A stretch of 62,178 nucleotides of DNA, counting the filler, from Bipalium vagum (taxonomy: Eukaryota), in assembly GCA_037834085.1 (NCBI GenBank). It is 3 parts of 3 records of this genome, joined end to end, with 100 filler letters (N's around TTAATTAATTAA, not from the genome) between each part and the next. Parts side by side here need not be neighbours in the genome. Positions count along the whole stretch, not along the records: positions 42,652 to 62,178 come from JBBMKC010001077.1; 2 more parts are not named here. The stretch is one strand, 5' to 3'. The position numbers and the translations under genes were made by a program. Below the pieces are notes generated by a model. That model saw nothing but the letters and a program-made list of their open reading frames with translations, was not told the origin of the DNA and searched no databases. Positions 60,481 to 62,178 of the stretch are shown here, one piece after another (positions within the stretch are counted from its first letter, which is position 1; each line of letters starts with the position of its first letter).

Positions 60481-60560
60481 AATTATGAAAATATTTTAAT
60501 TCAAATTATTTCGGAAGACATTGAAATGAACTCACCGAATAAAAATATAAGCAAGATAAA

Positions 60561-60983
60561 TTGTTAGACATCCCAAAAGAAGCGGAAGACAGTATTTTTA
60601 ACTCAATTATTGATGAAATCCAGTCCGAAGAAAAAAATGAAATTAAAGAAAAAGAAGTATTGAATATAATTTTAAATTCGAAGATCAAAAATATTTCATT
60701 TTCAAAAAATTATGACAATTTAACAAATTTAAAAAATTGTCTTTGCATTGTCAAGAAATGTGACATGCAATTGAAAGTGGAATTTAAAAATCAATTGCGC
60801 ATATATTCATTTCTGGGGAAAGCTATGAAGAAAATCAAAGGCTTTACCAAAACAAATTATATTCCATATCTAAAACAGAATGGAATTTTGTATTCGAGGA
60901 ATTATGTTAATTTCCTGATACAAATTTTTTCATTTACTGATAAATATAATTTACTGAACGCCGTTCACTGCTCTAACCAATAA
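60561..60983 (+). other. Unassigned 140-aa ORF, probably mobile-element derived
   Basis: Open frame in AT-rich DNA; no recognised motif. Confidence 0.25.
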
Positions 60984-61288
60984 TATATCATTATAATATT
61001 TTATTATAGATTTTTGTTAATATTAGAAGAAACCGTGATAAAATATAAAGGTCTTAATATATATTTGTATTTTATAATCTTTATTAAAATATATTGATTG
61101 ATAAAAGGGAAAATGGTCATCCTAAAATAATCTGTACTTATGATTGGATACAGCGGTGTACGCCGCTCACATCTATATCCAATAGCAGAACATATTTTTG
61201 TTTTCTAATTTAGTATCCTTGATGTATTTCTGTTGGGCTATTAGTTGACCACTAAATTTAATAAAATTTATAAATTTTTTATTATAAA

Positions 61289-62178
61289 AATGGATAAAAC
61301 TAGCAAAGCTCATGAAAGTTTTACTCAAGAAAAATTACAACAAGTAATTGATGTTAGTAAACCAAAAGTAATGACTTTTAATGGTGTAAAAACATATTTG
61401 TCTAAAAAAACATTTAATGAAATTCGAGATAAAGTCAAAGCGACCAAAGCTCTAGGAAGCTCAGCTTCTGAAATGGAAGGTAAAGTACTTCCATTAATAG
61501 CAATTTTAGGTGCAATATTTGCAGGATTAGGTGCTGCTGGTGGAGTTTTAAGTGGTGTTGCAACTGCTGTGCAAAAGCAAAAGGTGTACCAAAAGAAGTA
61601 ACGAGTGAAATTCTAGGAAGCAAAATTTCCACATCTGGTTTGGCGTTGTATTATGACCCACCTAAAGAAGGCGGACTTATGTACGACCATTATTTTGGAA
61701 AAGGGTAAAGAGAGATTCAATTTTAAACAGTTTAGAATTTTAAAATTTTAATAAATCAGATAGAAAAGAATTAAAAGAGTTATTACAAAAGATGTCTAAA
61801 AATAAAATTAAAATGCTTAAGGAAGGGAGTAGTTTGTATTTTGAAAGGACATAACCCTTGACAACTTCGTTGGAACGAAGGCGAAAGACTTTACTTTGAC
61901 CTTTATTAAAAAAACTAAATTTTATTTAAAAAAATGATTTTAAATATACTTGATTTCCTTTGTAAATATGGTATTAATACAATTTCAAATTTTGATTTAA
62001 TAGATATGGCTGAAGATTTAGAGATGTCCTTAAAAATTTTAATGCGGAATGAGATTAGTGAAAAAAGAATAAAGTCTGAAAAACCTTTAATTATCAAAAT
62101 TAAAATCAAAAAGGAATTCATTGGGTTGGTTATTATAATGAATACTATTTTGATTCTTACGGTTTACCACCACTTGAA
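61289..62178 (+). mobile_element. Polinton/Maverick relic: Gly/Ala-rich core-like protein and adenain-type cysteine protease
   Basis: GKVLPLIAILGAIFAGLGAAGGVLSGVATAV (61289-61601). From ~61945: ISNFDLIDMAEDL..., then after a frameshift NQKGIHWVGYYNEYYFDSYGLPPLE (GxHW...YFDSYG.PP). Confidence 0.75.

Overview
AT-rich, repeat-dense animal genomic DNA, probably lophotrochozoan (inferred from the gene families). Two 100-bp scaffolding gaps (18657-18756, 42552-42651) split it into three contigs. Host genes are all on the minus strand: the 5' part of a PARP1-like gene with 40-53 bp introns, an orphan PARP catalytic 3' fragment, a multi-exon glial cells missing (gcm) gene lacking its first exon, and two intronless secreted paralogues of unknown function plus a decayed third copy. 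These sit among relics of mariner, Tc1, pogo/Tigger, Gypsy, Penelope and Polinton/Maverick elements. The central contig (about 19.8-42.5 kb) is a co-oriented, head-to-tail, deletion-riddled array of NeSL-like non-LTR retrotransposons (zinc fingers, Ulp1-type protease, RT, restriction-like endonuclease) from at least three diverged subfamilies. Best candidate for a new system: two strongly diverged subfamilies both carry an in-frame UGA at the same homologous codon (20034 and 31687). It sits in a UGA-CU(A/C)G context, at the position of the conserved Trp that opens the protease domain, which suggests programmed stop-codon readthrough setting the ORF1 to protease-RT-endonuclease ratio. Other leads: a U2-snRNA-like 34-mer at the leader heads, SUMO/LC8/EVH1-type motifs in ORF1, an array of constant repeats with variable hairpins beside the Polinton module, and an exonuclease-fold ORF just inside a pogo terminal repeat. 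All calls were made by eye; relic boundaries are approximate.
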